The position numbers and the translations under genes are program-made. The notes under the pieces are model-generated. The model was not told the DNA's origin. It made no database searches and was given only the letters and a program-made list of their open reading frames with translations. Below, one piece after another: positions 9,602-19,550 of a DNA stretch of 64,000 nucleotides (position 1 is the first letter of the stretch; every line of letters begins with the position of its first letter). The stretch comes from an uncultured delta proteobacterium (GTDB lineage: Bacteria; Myxococcota_A; Polyangia; Polyangiales; Polyangiaceae): assembly GCA_963850305.1 (NCBI GenBank), contig CAWKKR010000002.1, forward strand, positions 119,761 through 183,760. The letters are read 5' to 3'.

Positions 9602-10253
9602 CGCCGTGGTAACCGCCCTCTCCGCCGCGATGATGCGTCCGACGGTCGCGATAGGTGGATCACACAGCGCGACGACGCGTCCGTCGGCCGTGAGGACACC
9701 TCCGACGGCCGTGATAAGTGGATCATGCGCCGTGAGGACACGTCCGTCCGCCGTGAGGACCCGTCCGTCCGCCGTGATAAGTGGATCATGCGCCGTGAGG
9801 ACAGCTCCGTCCGCCGTGAGGACCCGTCCGTCCGCCGTGATAAGTGGATCATGCGCCGTGAGGACAGCTCCGTCCGCCGTGAGGACGCGGTCTCACGGGC
9901 GCGATACCCGCTTCACGCGCCGTGAGGACCCGTCCGTCCGCCGTGATAAGTGGATCATGCGCCGTGAGGACAGCTCCGTCGGCCGTGGTAACCGGATCAC
10001 ACAGCGTGAGGACGCGTCCGTCGGCCGTGATAAGCGCTTCACGCGCCGTGAGGACAGCTCCGTCGGCCGTGGTAACCGGATCACACAGCGTGAGGACGCG
10101 TCCGTCGGCCGTGATAAGCGCTTCACGCGCCGTGAGGACAGCTCCGTCGGCCGTGGTAACCGGATCACACAGCGTGAGGACGCGTCCGTCGGCCGTGATA
10201 AGCGCTTCACGCGCCGTGAGGAAGCGTTCGTCGGCTGCGATACCCAGCTACGC
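9602..10253. repeat. Tandem array of about 31 related 21-bp units with 63-bp and 84-bp higher-order repeats
   Basis: Units such as CGCCGTGAGGACAGCTCCGTC, CGCCGTGATAAGTGGATCATG, GGCCGTGGTAACCGGATCACA and GGCCGTGATAAGCGCTTCACG. An 84-mer occurs three times identically at 9960-10211. A 63-mer is identical at 9749, 9812 and 9918. Confidence 0.95.
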
Positions 10254-10361
10254 CGCCGGACATTCGAGAGTTAACCAGGGGCGGCGGCACGGCCGTGCCC
10301 CGCAGCGGCGTCGCGGGATCGTCGAATCGCCGCGAAACGGGAAGGTGCCGGCGCCGTATGC

Positions 10362-10985
10362 ATGGTCGGTATGTCCGTCTTTCGTGGCTCCTCTCCGGGT
10401 GCGGCGCTCCTGGCTCTAGCTCTCATGAGCGGGTGCGGCGGCAGGATAATCGACGACTCCGCGTCGACCGGTGGCGCAGGCCCGGGCGGCGGCGGCGCAG
10501 AGGGGGGCGCGCTCGCGACCAGCGGGACCGGCGCGGGTGGCCGAACCAGCGGCGTCGGCGGTACCGGTGCGATGCTCTGCCAGCCCGGAGCAGTGGCGCA
10601 ATGCACGTGCGCCCCCGGCGGGATCGGGAGCGCGACTTGCCTGCCCGACGGCAGCGGCATCGGACCGTGTGTGTGCGGCGGTATCGGCGCGGGCGGCGCC
10701 CCGAGCGGCTGCGCAGAGGCGCTCGGCGGCATACCGGAATGCGCCCAGTGTGCGTGCACGACCTGCGCGGCCGACGCCTGCACGAACGCCCCCGGCTGCG
10801 CCCAGATCCTGCTGTGCTCGGAGAAGACCGGGTGCCAGGATCCGGTCGCGTGCAACCAGCCCGGCGTGTGCAAGGACGTCATCGACGCCAGCGGCGGCCC
10901 ACTCTCACCGGCAGGCTTCAACTTCGCCTCGCTCCTCGGCTGCCTCCCGCAAGCGGGATGCCCGTGCTGGCCGGCGGTCCCGTGA
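10362..10985 (+). CDS. Cys/Gly-rich lipoprotein
   Basis: Lipobox MSGC, Gly-rich linker, CxPG...CxC and CxxCACxxC Cys clusters. Confidence 0.8.
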   Translation: MVGMSVFRGSSPGAALLALALMSGCGGRIIDDSASTGGAGPGGGGAEGGALATSGTGAGGRTSGVGGTGAMLCQPGAVAQCTCAPGGIGSATCLPDGSGIGPCVCGGIGAGGAPSGCAEALGGIPECAQCACTTCAADACTNAPGCAQILLCSEKTGCQDPVACNQPGVCKDVIDASGGPLSPAGFNFASLLGCLPQAGCPCWPAVP

Positions 10986-11080
10986 GGCCCGGACGTGCGT
11001 GGCCTGCCAGTGCTTCAACGGCCCTGGAGCGCCCACCTTCCTCGTTCGGGTCGTCCTCGTCCTCTTCTTCGTTCAACGGC

Positions 11081-11803
11081 TCAGCCCGGCGCTGCAGTCC
11101 GCTGGCCGCGAAGGATCTTCAGAAGTTCGTCGAAGTCGACGTCCTCGACGGCTCCTTGCTGCTTGCAGCGAACCTTTCCCGCCGGGTCGACGAGAATCTG
11201 TTCGGGGAGTGAGGGGTCGTCTTCGAGCCCCGCTTCCTTTAGCCACCCTTGCCGCTGCGGCCCGTCCTCGAGCCAGTAGGTCGCGTGAAGGCCGCCGGGG
11301 GGTTGGGTTTCGAGGAAGCGTTCCAGCTGCCGGGAATCGTCATCGATCGAGACGAAGACGACCTTCAGGGGCGTTCGCTCGCCCGCAGTTTTCGCTTCCC
11401 AGGATCTGAGCCTCGGCAGCTCTTCCTTGCACGGGCCGCACCATGCCGCCCAGAGATTCACCCATGTCCAGTGGCCACCCCCGATGGGCAACTTCTCCGA
11501 AAGGGAGTTCTTGTCACCGGCACGCGATATCCCGGCCTTGGGCGCTTCCCTGCCCGAGGTTCCAAGTTGGCGCTCGCACAGGACAGGATGCACCTCGGCT
11601 GTGGGTTCCGCGGTTGGTGCGGCGGGTGCAAGCTGCGCCGTCGGGGCGGGGCCGGTAGCCTGGACGGCCTGCGAACGAGCCTGCGGCGCGAGCGGTGGGT
11701 CCACCTTGTGATCGTCACAGCCGACCAGAGTCGAGAGCGCGCAGGCGAAGGCCCCTGCCGCGAGTGGTGCAACGGAGCTTCTCAAAGCCGGCAGTCGACC
11801 CAT
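11081..11803 (-). CDS. TlpA/ResA-family thiol-disulfide oxidoreductase lipoprotein
   Basis: VNLWAAWCGPCKEELP, VFVSID and LPEQILVDPAG motifs; lipobox LVGC. Start moved to MGRLPALR. Confidence 0.88.
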   Translation of the reverse strand: MGRLPALRSSVAPLAAGAFACALSTLVGCDDHKVDPPLAPQARSQAVQATGPAPTAQLAPAAPTAEPTAEVHPVLCERQLGTSGREAPKAGISRAGDKNSLSEKLPIGGGHWTWVNLWAAWCGPCKEELPRLRSWEAKTAGERTPLKVVFVSIDDDSRQLERFLETQPPGGLHATYWLEDGPQRQGWLKEAGLEDDPSLPEQILVDPAGKVRCKQQGAVEDVDFDELLKILRGQRTAAPG

Positions 11804-12498
11804 GACGCGAAGGCGCTCCGGTTGATCGCGTCGTCGTCGCATTTGGTCCCCTGACGCGAATTGGTCCAAGAACAAAACTCCTTCGGATCGAGCTGCGCAA
11901 ACTCGCTGCCGAGCCACAGGAGCCCGACCTTCTTGTCGACGTCTGGCTCTCCCGAGGCTTCCTTGATGTGAAAGAGAACGGAGTTCGCACGACGGTGAGA
12001 GAGGGCCTGGTTCTTGTCGGGTGACCCGGTCTTCGACGCGCGCGCGACGACCAGGAAGTATCGCGCGCCCTTTCGATCGTCCCAGCGGTCTTCGATGAGC
12101 TTCTTCGCGCCGTCGTCGAGCGTGTCCATTCCGGTGTCGAAGAGGATGACCGCGCCGCGGGTCCGGAGCGGCCGGAAGAGCGCGTTGAAGTCGCCGTCGC
12201 TGATGGACGCGAAGCTCTTGACGTCGGCGGGTTTGCAACCGCGCCGCGATTCGCCCACGAGCCCGCAAGAGTGGAGCACTCGCTCGAGCACTTGCTTGAA
12301 CTCCGGCGTGCAGTACGGCGCTTCGGACTCGTCGGCGATGGCGACGGCAGGCTTGTCGGTCTCCGGGGTCGCGAGGCGCTCGGCCGCGGCGTTGACGGCG
12401 GACCGGATGGCTCCGAGCATCGCGATGAGCGCGACGGCGCCGGTCACCACGCCTATGAGCGGCGCCAGATACGTCGAGGACGGGCGTTCGGCGGTCAC
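11782..12498 (-). CDS. Membrane-anchored protein with an OmpA-like C-terminal domain
   Basis: N-terminal TM; ILFDTGMDTLDD...ARASKTGSPDKNQALSHRRANSV; six Cys. Confidence 0.7.
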   Translation of the reverse strand: MTAERPSSTYLAPLIGVVTGAVALIAMLGAIRSAVNAAAERLATPETDKPAVAIADESEAPYCTPEFKQVLERVLHSCGLVGESRRGCKPADVKSFASISDGDFNALFRPLRTRGAVILFDTGMDTLDDGAKKLIEDRWDDRKGARYFLVVARASKTGSPDKNQALSHRRANSVLFHIKEASGEPDVDKKVGLLWLGSEFAQLDPKEFCSWTNSRQGTKCDDDAINRSAFASWVDCRL

Positions 12499-13736
12499 TT
12501 CAACACCTGGGGTGCGAGCTGTCCGAGGGTGTACCTCAGCCCGATGTCGGTGTCCTCGTCACAGAATCGCTTCGTGCCGAAGTACATTTGCGGAGTCGAT
12601 ACCGGGATTTCGTTGTCCGCCGCGAAGTGGAGCTGCCGGTTCAGCGTCAAAAGCGTCGATTTCGCGTCCATGCAAGCGAGAGTCTGCGGGCCCCATTTGG
12701 CCTGGATGGCGGCGCGAAGCGGAGCGGGTCCTGCCTTGCCCGCCTTCGACAGCTCTTCCTGGTTTGCGTAGGCCCATTCGAGCACCTGGCGGGCATGGGA
12801 GCCGCCGCAAATGACGGCGCGCGCAACCAGGCAAGCTCCGGGGTGCAAAGGGTCCGTCAGCATCCAGTTGCACTCGCTGTCGAGCGGAAAGAGGGACAGC
12901 TGCACGTCGAGCTTGTCGTAGACGTCTTCCGCGACGAGTCTTTCGTGAAACGCTTTGCAGGTGGGGCAGAGCGGATCCTCGAACAAGATGGTCGGCTGAA
13001 CGGACCGTGGCGTGGAGATATGAACGAGGGCGTTGGCCGCCTCCATTGCGACCTTGAGGCTCCCGCAGTTGCCGAGGTACGGCCGATGATCGGGATTGGC
13101 GCTCGCGTAAACGACCGCCGGCATGAGCGCGAAGACCCCGAGCCCCACGAGCCACGACGACACGTGCGCCCAGCTCACGTCCGGGCGGGCGCGACGATAC
13201 GGATCCGCCGGCCGATCGTAGGGTGAACCGTGAGCGGGGGCGCCGAGCGCGCCTTTGAGCGCGCTGATTCCGAGCAGACCCGCGACGCCCAGGAGAAACG
13301 ACGACACGTAGATCCCGACGCAGACGAGGCAGAACGTCCCGAGCTTCGTGATGCTGATGGTCAGCATCACGATCGAGACGAACACGGGCCCGAGGGCCGC
13401 GACTCCGAAGAATTGAACCGCCTTCCTCGGCGCGCTCTCACCGGCGATGGCGAGATAGAGTGCGAAGGACGCAAAGAAGATGAACGCGCCGACCGCGAAG
13501 AGCGAAATCGGAATCCCGCCCCAGTACTTCTCCTTGAAGAGTGCGGAGTAGGGGCTGTACATCGCGGCGCGGCACGCATCGGCCGAGTCCGTCACCGGCG
13601 CTCCGGGAATGATGCTGCAGTGAATGTCGTGGAGCCGTCGATCGAGGTGCTTCGCGTAATCGAAGGTCGAATACGAGGCGAAGAGCAGCCCGAGAAGCGA
13701 CGCGATGAGCGCCACGAGCGCGGAAACTCTGGTCAT
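12495..13736 (-). CDS. VKOR-family protein fused to a DsbA/thioredoxin domain
   Basis: Loop Cys pair (HC...AC), SPYS, GIPIS and FCLVCVGIY; C-terminal FEDPLCPTCK and STPQ (cis-Pro). Confidence 0.9.
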   Translation of the reverse strand: MTRVSALVALIASLLGLLFASYSTFDYAKHLDRRLHDIHCSIIPGAPVTDSADACRAAMYSPYSALFKEKYWGGIPISLFAVGAFIFFASFALYLAIAGESAPRKAVQFFGVAALGPVFVSIVMLTISITKLGTFCLVCVGIYVSSFLLGVAGLLGISALKGALGAPAHGSPYDRPADPYRRARPDVSWAHVSSWLVGLGVFALMPAVVYASANPDHRPYLGNCGSLKVAMEAANALVHISTPRSVQPTILFEDPLCPTCKAFHERLVAEDVYDKLDVQLSLFPLDSECNWMLTDPLHPGACLVARAVICGGSHARQVLEWAYANQEELSKAGKAGPAPLRAAIQAKWGPQTLACMDAKSTLLTLNRQLHFAADNEIPVSTPQMYFGTKRFCDEDTDIGLRYTLGQLAPQVLK

Positions 13737-13806
13737 CAGCGTTCTCCGTGGCGGACACTGGCAAAACTTGGCCCGGAGGGGCAAGTGCTCTGTGCGATCG
13801 GCGCGG

Positions 13807-14622
13807 TCATGGCCCTCCGCTCGACTCTCGGCCCGCGTCGGGCGCCCAGTCCCAGGGCCGTGTCCCGTTCACGGCCCGATGCGCGGCCAGCCAATCCAAG
13901 ACCGCTCTGGCCCACGTCTTTCGCGCGCCCATCGACGGATGAATGTGGTCCCGTGTTCGCGGCAGATCGGGGACGAGCACATTGCTGTCGAGATACGCAC
14001 AGGGGGCGCAGTTCGAGCGAATCACATCCAGCAACGCCCCGCGGGCCCCCTTCCACAGCGGTGGACCGACCCAGACACACGGGCGTCCACCGAGTCGCGC
14101 CACGAGGCGGTGGATCGTTCTGATCCGTTCGGAGGGATCGGGGATGAGGAGTTCGTTCGCACCGAGTGTGATCATCACCAGGTCCGGACGATATCGGTAG
14201 AGGTATCCGTCGAGGTCCTTGTCGGACGCCCAGGTGGGAATGTAGGTCGACGTCCGGTATCTGAGGACGCCGCGCACGCCCGCGTCCTTGAAAAGGCGAT
14301 CCAGGTCGATGCCCAGCGCTCCCGCGAAGGAATCGCCGATCTCGAGCACGGTGGTTCCGGAGGGTAACGGAGCGGGCCGTGCTGGCTCGAGTTTCGCGAC
14401 TATCGGGGCGGCTGCCGGCGACGAAGCGGGAAGCGACGCGGAGTGCTCGGGCGCTCCCGCATCGATGAGATTGGGGGGTACCCTCGGCGGCGCCCCCGTC
14501 GCGGGTTCGACGTGTTCCGTCGTCCGGGGCGGCGGGCTCGGAGTCGCTCCGCAAGCGACGGTAAGCGCCGCCGCGGCCGCGCCGATTCCAGAGGCTCTCA
14601 AGGACAGCACGCCGAGTTCCAT
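13807..14622 (-). CDS. SGNH/GDSL hydrolase-family lipoprotein
   Basis: IGDSF, LGANE and DHIHP blocks; lipobox TVAC. Start moved to MELGVLS. Confidence 0.85.
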   Translation of the reverse strand: MELGVLSLRASGIGAAAAALTVACGATPSPPPRTTEHVEPATGAPPRVPPNLIDAGAPEHSASLPASSPAAAPIVAKLEPARPAPLPSGTTVLEIGDSFAGALGIDLDRLFKDAGVRGVLRYRTSTYIPTWASDKDLDGYLYRYRPDLVMITLGANELLIPDPSERIRTIHRLVARLGGRPCVWVGPPLWKGARGALLDVIRSNCAPCAYLDSNVLVPDLPRTRDHIHPSMGARKTWARAVLDWLAAHRAVNGTRPWDWAPDAGRESSGGP

Positions 14623-17600
14623 CCCACGCCGACGTCGCGGTTTTTGCATCCGATGCCGCGCTCCACGACGTTGCGGGCTTCGTGGCTGGCGTCTGCGAAC
14701 CGGTATGCGTGGGGTCGCGAAGGCTGAAACCGCATGCAATCCGCGTCGAACTCCGGCGATCTGGATTTCCGCACGGCGCCCACGTCGAGGGGCGGCGGAG
14801 TCCCTTCCTTGATGGGCACGTCGAACACACAGCCGTGTCCGGCGATCGGGCTGGTGCCGAGGGGACAGAGGCTTTCGCCGGCCGCCGCGCAGCGTTGACC
14901 GTTCCAGCTCTTGCCGGGCCGGCAATCGACCTCGAGCGCGCCAGCGAGGCACTCGCCGTTCGCGTCGCGTCCAAACGGACACGGTTCGCCGGGCAACGTC
15001 ACCGCGCAACGGAATCCGAGATGCGCCCCCTCGTACGACGGCGGCGCGCGATTGCGGAGGCGCACGCGCATCCACTTGTCGAACCTCCGACTCCAGCTGC
15101 CGCCGCGATACACTTGGTCCACGATCTGTACCGGCGGCCACGGATAATCGCCGTAACCCGTGCTCGTCCACTCCCAGACGTCTCCCGTCATGTCGAAAAG
15201 GCCGAAGGCACCCGCCGGATAAGTGCCGACGGGACACGCCGCGTGATTTTTCCAGCATGTGCGACCGTCCGGCGATTGGTCGCCCCAGGAATAGACGCGA
15301 TCGTCCCCGCCGCTCGCCGCGTATTCCCACTCGGCCTCGGCGGGAAGACGCGCGCCGCGGTGGGAGCAGAATGTCGCCGCCTGTGTCGCGTTCAGGCAGT
15401 TGATGGGCAGGTCATCTTCGCCCGCCCCGGCGGTGCAGGTCACGAACCGCGAGTCGGCGGCAGTGCACGCCTTCTCGCTCACGCAAGCACGGTACGCACC
15501 AGCGGTAACCTCGGTGCGATCGAGACAGAATGCGGCGAGGCGCGTCCGATACCGCGGCCATTCGTCGTCGGCGCCGGCGCCACGTGGCGATCCGATCCAC
15601 GTCTCCGCGCCGGGGATGCGCACGGTGCCCTCCGGGCATCCCACGGGCGTGCTCGGCGGCGAGGATGCGGCGGGCAGTGCGGGCTTCGCCGCGCTCGGGA
15701 TCGGTCGACCCGTCGGTGGGAGTTCGCCGGTACAGCGCTGAAAGAACTCGGCCATCTCCGTGCGTTCCGGGGCGCGGATCCCGTCGGCCTTCGACCACGC
15801 GGCATATGCGGCCGTCAGCGTGGAGCGGTCGTCGAGCACGCATGCCGCAGTCATCCGGAGTTTCTGTGCCTCGCGGGACACCGAGGCAATGGGGATCTGC
15901 CGGGCGAGCGCCTTCGAGAGGCTGCTCGCGACGAGCGAATAGCGCCCCTCCCCCAGATAAATTCGTGCAAGCAGGTAATCGGCGAGGCCGAGAGACGGTT
16001 CGCGCTCCGACCAGGCGCCGAGCTTCGCCGCGGCGAGCTCGACGTCTCGCCCGGTTCGCGGATCTCCGAGCACCTGCGCGACGATGGCGTCGCGTGCATT
16101 CCCTTCCGACGCGTACCGCTTGACGTCCAGCGCGCGCAGGCGATCCGTATCGACCACTGATGTGGCCACTTCGTCGAAGCGACGGCGCGCCGCCGCATCG
16201 TCACCGGACGCGAGCGCGAGATCCCCCAGTGACTCCACGGCGCGTGCCCGGGTCGCCTTGGCCAGCGACGGATCCGACGCGACGCGCTCGTAGAGCGCCC
16301 GAGCCTGATCGTCATTTCCATTTCGGAGCGCACACGTGGCCAGACCGAGGCGTGCGCCGACGTCGTGCGGGTCGAGCGCGAGGAGTTGTTCGTAGAGCCG
16401 GCGCGCCCGCTCCACGTCCGCTCGTGACAGTGCCACGAACGCTTCGCCAGCGAGGCGATCGACGACGTGCGGGCAGCGTCGCCCGAAGATCGCCGGCTGG
16501 TCGAACCTGGCGCGTGCGACCCGCAGCACGTCCGCGCTCACCTTCCGGGCGTCGAGGGACGCGAGCCACGCGCGCTCGAGCGTGGCCAGCGGTTTACCCG
16601 AGGCCGTCTGGAGCGAAGCCCCCGAATACCAGCGCCGCACGACTTCGATCCCCTGCGCTCGCCGGAGCCAGTCGATGAACGCACCGGCGACGACGTACGC
16701 GCGCGATGAGGGCTCCCCGAAGAAGCCAAGGTCGAACACGCGCTCGAGCGGTGGCAGGAGCGAAAGGTCCTTCATCGCCTTCGCCCAATCGTCCAGCGAG
16801 AGCTCTTCGTCGTCGGGAGCTGCCGCGACGGCGAGCCCCTCGATGCGACCCGGATCCGGAATCAAGCCGTGAAATGCGCCCGCGATGTGAAACGGCCCCA
16901 CGCCGAACGTCCCGGCGACGACGTGCGCGAGCTCGTGGCGCATCACCGGGTGCGGGAAGCCCGCGCGCTGGATGTAGATCTCGCGGCGCCACGGCTTGGC
17001 GATGTAGGTGCTCGCCGCGCCCATCAGGTACCCCTTCTGCTCCGGGCTCTCGAACAGGAACGCGACGACGTGGCTCGGGCCTCTTGCGTCGAAGAACCGA
17101 TCGAGCTGGCGCAGATGTCCGTCGCACTCCCGCGCCAGCGCGCGTGCCTCGATGAGCGGCACTCCCGCCGGGTACACGAGCTCGCAGCGCCCGTCCGTAA
17201 TCGCGTGCCCGAGCGCTGCCCGGATGGACGACGTCGTCTGAAAGTGTCCGAGAGACGGCCCGAGAGCGACGTGAACGGCGCTTGCCCCTGCAGAGGCGAG
17301 CGCGAGCAGACCGAGACCGCGACGAAAAGGAGTCCGGACGCGGAACGCTCCCGTCTCGGTGCGCTCGAATAGCGCAGCCGTCGCGAGTGCAGCAACGAGC
17401 GTCGCGAGCGTCCCCGCCCGGTACGTCACCAGACGGTCGAGTCCAGTGATCACCGAATCATAGAGGGTACCTGCGAAGAATCCGAAGAACGGATCGAACG
17501 CGAAGACCATCGGACTCGTGTAGAAGCGAGCGAAGCTGGCGGCGACGCAGGCGATCGGTCCAGCGAGCGCGCCGGCAACGGCGAGGGACCGATGGCGCCG

Positions 17601-17996
17601 TCGAACCCGCGACGCGACGAGTCCGACGAACGCGCCGTAAGCGCCGCCGAGGACGGCGCCCGCGCCCGGACCGAGCGCGAAATACTCGGACCCTTCGAGC
17701 GCGTCGCAAAACCCGATGCGCCAGCCGTGAAGGACCGTGACGAGCAGGCCGACCGCGGCGAGCCACGCGCCCGTCGCACAGCCGCGGAAGAGGGCTTCCA
17801 GGGGTGCGGGCAGCGGTTCCCCGACGACGTCGAGCGCCGCCGCCACTGCGGCAAGGGACGGCAAGACGAGCCCCGCAGCGAGCGCGGCTTCGTACCCTGG
17901 ACCGCCAAACAGAGGCAAGAACCCCGTCGCCGCCAGCCCTGCCGCGGCAAGGCCAGTCGTCACCCGCTGAGCCCGGCTTGCGGCCATCCTTCGCAT
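14598..17996 (-). CDS. Multidomain protein: N-terminal TMs, HExxH metallopeptidase-like region, TPRs, and a C-terminal FGE-sulfatase (SUMF1-like) domain
   Basis: RHELAH...IEGLA; TPR-like helices; LDRTEVT, RLPAEAEWEYAA, FGLFDMTGDVWEW, RGGSW and LGFRC motifs. Confidence 0.8.
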   Translation of the reverse strand: MRRMAASRAQRVTTGLAAAGLAATGFLPLFGGPGYEAALAAGLVLPSLAAVAAALDVVGEPLPAPLEALFRGCATGAWLAAVGLLVTVLHGWRIGFCDALEGSEYFALGPGAGAVLGGAYGAFVGLVASRVRRRHRSLAVAGALAGPIACVAASFARFYTSPMVFAFDPFFGFFAGTLYDSVITGLDRLVTYRAGTLATLVAALATAALFERTETGAFRVRTPFRRGLGLLALASAGASAVHVALGPSLGHFQTTSSIRAALGHAITDGRCELVYPAGVPLIEARALARECDGHLRQLDRFFDARGPSHVVAFLFESPEQKGYLMGAASTYIAKPWRREIYIQRAGFPHPVMRHELAHVVAGTFGVGPFHIAGAFHGLIPDPGRIEGLAVAAAPDDEELSLDDWAKAMKDLSLLPPLERVFDLGFFGEPSSRAYVVAGAFIDWLRRAQGIEVVRRWYSGASLQTASGKPLATLERAWLASLDARKVSADVLRVARARFDQPAIFGRRCPHVVDRLAGEAFVALSRADVERARRLYEQLLALDPHDVGARLGLATCALRNGNDDQARALYERVASDPSLAKATRARAVESLGDLALASGDDAAARRRFDEVATSVVDTDRLRALDVKRYASEGNARDAIVAQVLGDPRTGRDVELAAAKLGAWSEREPSLGLADYLLARIYLGEGRYSLVASSLSKALARQIPIASVSREAQKLRMTAACVLDDRSTLTAAYAAWSKADGIRAPERTEMAEFFQRCTGELPPTGRPIPSAAKPALPAASSPPSTPVGCPEGTVRIPGAETWIGSPRGAGADDEWPRYRTRLAAFCLDRTEVTAGAYRACVSEKACTAADSRFVTCTAGAGEDDLPINCLNATQAATFCSHRGARLPAEAEWEYAASGGDDRVYSWGDQSPDGRTCWKNHAACPVGTYPAGAFGLFDMTGDVWEWTSTGYGDYPWPPVQIVDQVYRGGSWSRRFDKWMRVRLRNRAPPSYEGAHLGFRCAVTLPGEPCPFGRDANGECLAGALEVDCRPGKSWNGQRCAAAGESLCPLGTSPIAGHGCVFDVPIKEGTPPPLDVGAVRKSRSPEFDADCMRFQPSRPHAYRFADASHEARNVVERGIGCKNRDVGVGWNSACCP

Positions 17997-18171
17997 GGAC
18001 CCGGAGACTTAGAACGTATCGCGTCGGTTCGGAACAGGCGCTTCGGCGGCGTCGCGGAAACGCTTGCCTCCGCCGCCCGTGGCCGACGATAGTGAGACTC
18101 GTCGCGGACAAAATGACGTGTCGCTCGGGTTCGAGAATGGATGGCGCCAACGTTCGCGAACGGAGGTTCGA

Positions 18172-19086
18172 ATGGCTTTGAGAACGTATAACCTCGGGAT
18201 CGCGGCCATCGGGGTGATCAGCGCAGCTGCCTCGATCAGCTGCGGTGCCAGGTCGGCGAATCAACCGGCGCCCGCCACGGCAAGCGCGCCGGCGCCCGGG
18301 AACCCCGCGGATGACGACATATCCGCGAGCGTCGTGGAGCATCATCGGCACCATCACCACGGGGGCGTGACGCTCCTCATCGCGATGAGTCTCGACACCA
18401 TTGGCGTTTCTCCGGACGAAAAAGCAGCGGTGGAAAAGATTCAGAGCGACCTTCGAGCGGAGATGGCTCCGGCGCGTGTGGCGGAGGAGAATCTGGACTC
18501 GCTGCTGGCCGACGGTATCGCCGCTGGGAGCATCGACACCGCCAGGGTGGACGCGGCCATAGCGCAGCTGACGGCGGCAGCGGCGACGGTTCACGACGCG
18601 GCCACGGACGCCGTGAACCAGCTTCACGCGACGTTGACGCCGCCCGAGCGAGCGGCACTCATCGACAAGGTCAACGCGCATTGGGTCGTCTGGCAACGGG
18701 CGAACGCCGACGAGTCCGGGGCGAAAAAATCCGAGCAGGGGCACCTCTCGACGCTGGCAGGGGAGCTCGGCCTCACTCCGGATCAGGTGGAGAAGATTCG
18801 CGCGGCTCTCGCCACGCAAATGAGCGCGGTGCCGCACCTCGACGCTCGGGAGGTCGAAACGGATCTCCACGCATTCGGAGAAGCCTTCCGGGGCGACAAG
18901 TTCGATTCCAAGGCGCTCACGATGGCCGATAGCGTCAATCAGCACATGGCCGCCTGGGGCGCGACGCACATGGCGCACTTCCTCGAAGCCGTGAGCCCCG
19001 TTCTCACTCCCGACCAGCGTGCCGATCTCGCTGCGAGGTTGCGTGAACACTCGACGCACGGTCCGAGCGCGGGAGCCACGCCATGA
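18172..19086 (+). CDS. Spy/CpxP-like periplasmic lipoprotein with a His-rich segment
   Basis: GGAGG RBS; lipobox SISC; EHHRHHHHGG; repeated LTPxQ/ER motifs. Confidence 0.75.
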   Translation: MALRTYNLGIAAIGVISAAASISCGARSANQPAPATASAPAPGNPADDDISASVVEHHRHHHHGGVTLLIAMSLDTIGVSPDEKAAVEKIQSDLRAEMAPARVAEENLDSLLADGIAAGSIDTARVDAAIAQLTAAAATVHDAATDAVNQLHATLTPPERAALIDKVNAHWVVWQRANADESGAKKSEQGHLSTLAGELGLTPDQVEKIRAALATQMSAVPHLDAREVETDLHAFGEAFRGDKFDSKALTMADSVNQHMAAWGATHMAHFLEAVSPVLTPDQRADLAARLREHSTHGPSAGATP

Positions 19087-19106
19087 TCCGGATCGGTGAG
19101 GTCAGA

Positions 19107-19442
19107 ATGGTCCGAACTCTCGTTTCCACGCTCGCTGTCGTTTCCGCGCTCGTCATCTCGGGTTGCACCGGAGAAGTCGACGTCACGGCAACGGTCCCCA
19201 CGGTCACCTTCTACGATTTATTGCCCGAGGCCTTCATTGCAACAGCGGTTCCGGTCTATTTCGAGGGGCATGCGACGTACTGGTACGGCGGTCACTGGTA
19301 CTACCGGGGTGCCGGCGGCAGATGGGCGCACTACGACCGCGAGCCTCCGGAGCTTCATCAGCGCCGCGTCGCGGCTCCGCCCGCCCGGCACGCGTACGAA
19401 CCCGTGCGCGCCCGCCGAGTCGAACATGGTCGGCGTTGGTGA
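19107..19442 (+). CDS. Small lipoprotein with an aromatic (YWYGGHWYY) domain
   Basis: GTGAGG RBS; lipobox ISGC; VYFEGHATYWYGGHWYYR. Confidence 0.7.
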   Translation: MVRTLVSTLAVVSALVISGCTGEVDVTATVPTVTFYDLLPEAFIATAVPVYFEGHATYWYGGHWYYRGAGGRWAHYDREPPELHQRRVAAPPARHAYEPVRARRVEHGRRW

Positions 19443-19550
19443 ATCGGCGCGCCGCTGACCCTGGTCCCCATGACCGAGGTCAGCGGTGTCCGGTAGGTCT
19501 TCGCCCCGCCTCACCCCAACGGGCAGGGCGGTCCCAGGCGATCCTCGGGG

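Noticed and set aside
9602..10253. CRISPR array
   Set aside because: Units are contiguous 21-mers with recurring tails. There are no unique spacers and no cas genes in the window.
9606..10419. ORFs 9606..10274, 9725..9925, 9893..10210 and 9922..10419 as genes
   Set aside because: They are open only because the repeat unit lacks stops in several frames; none has a convincing start or RBS.
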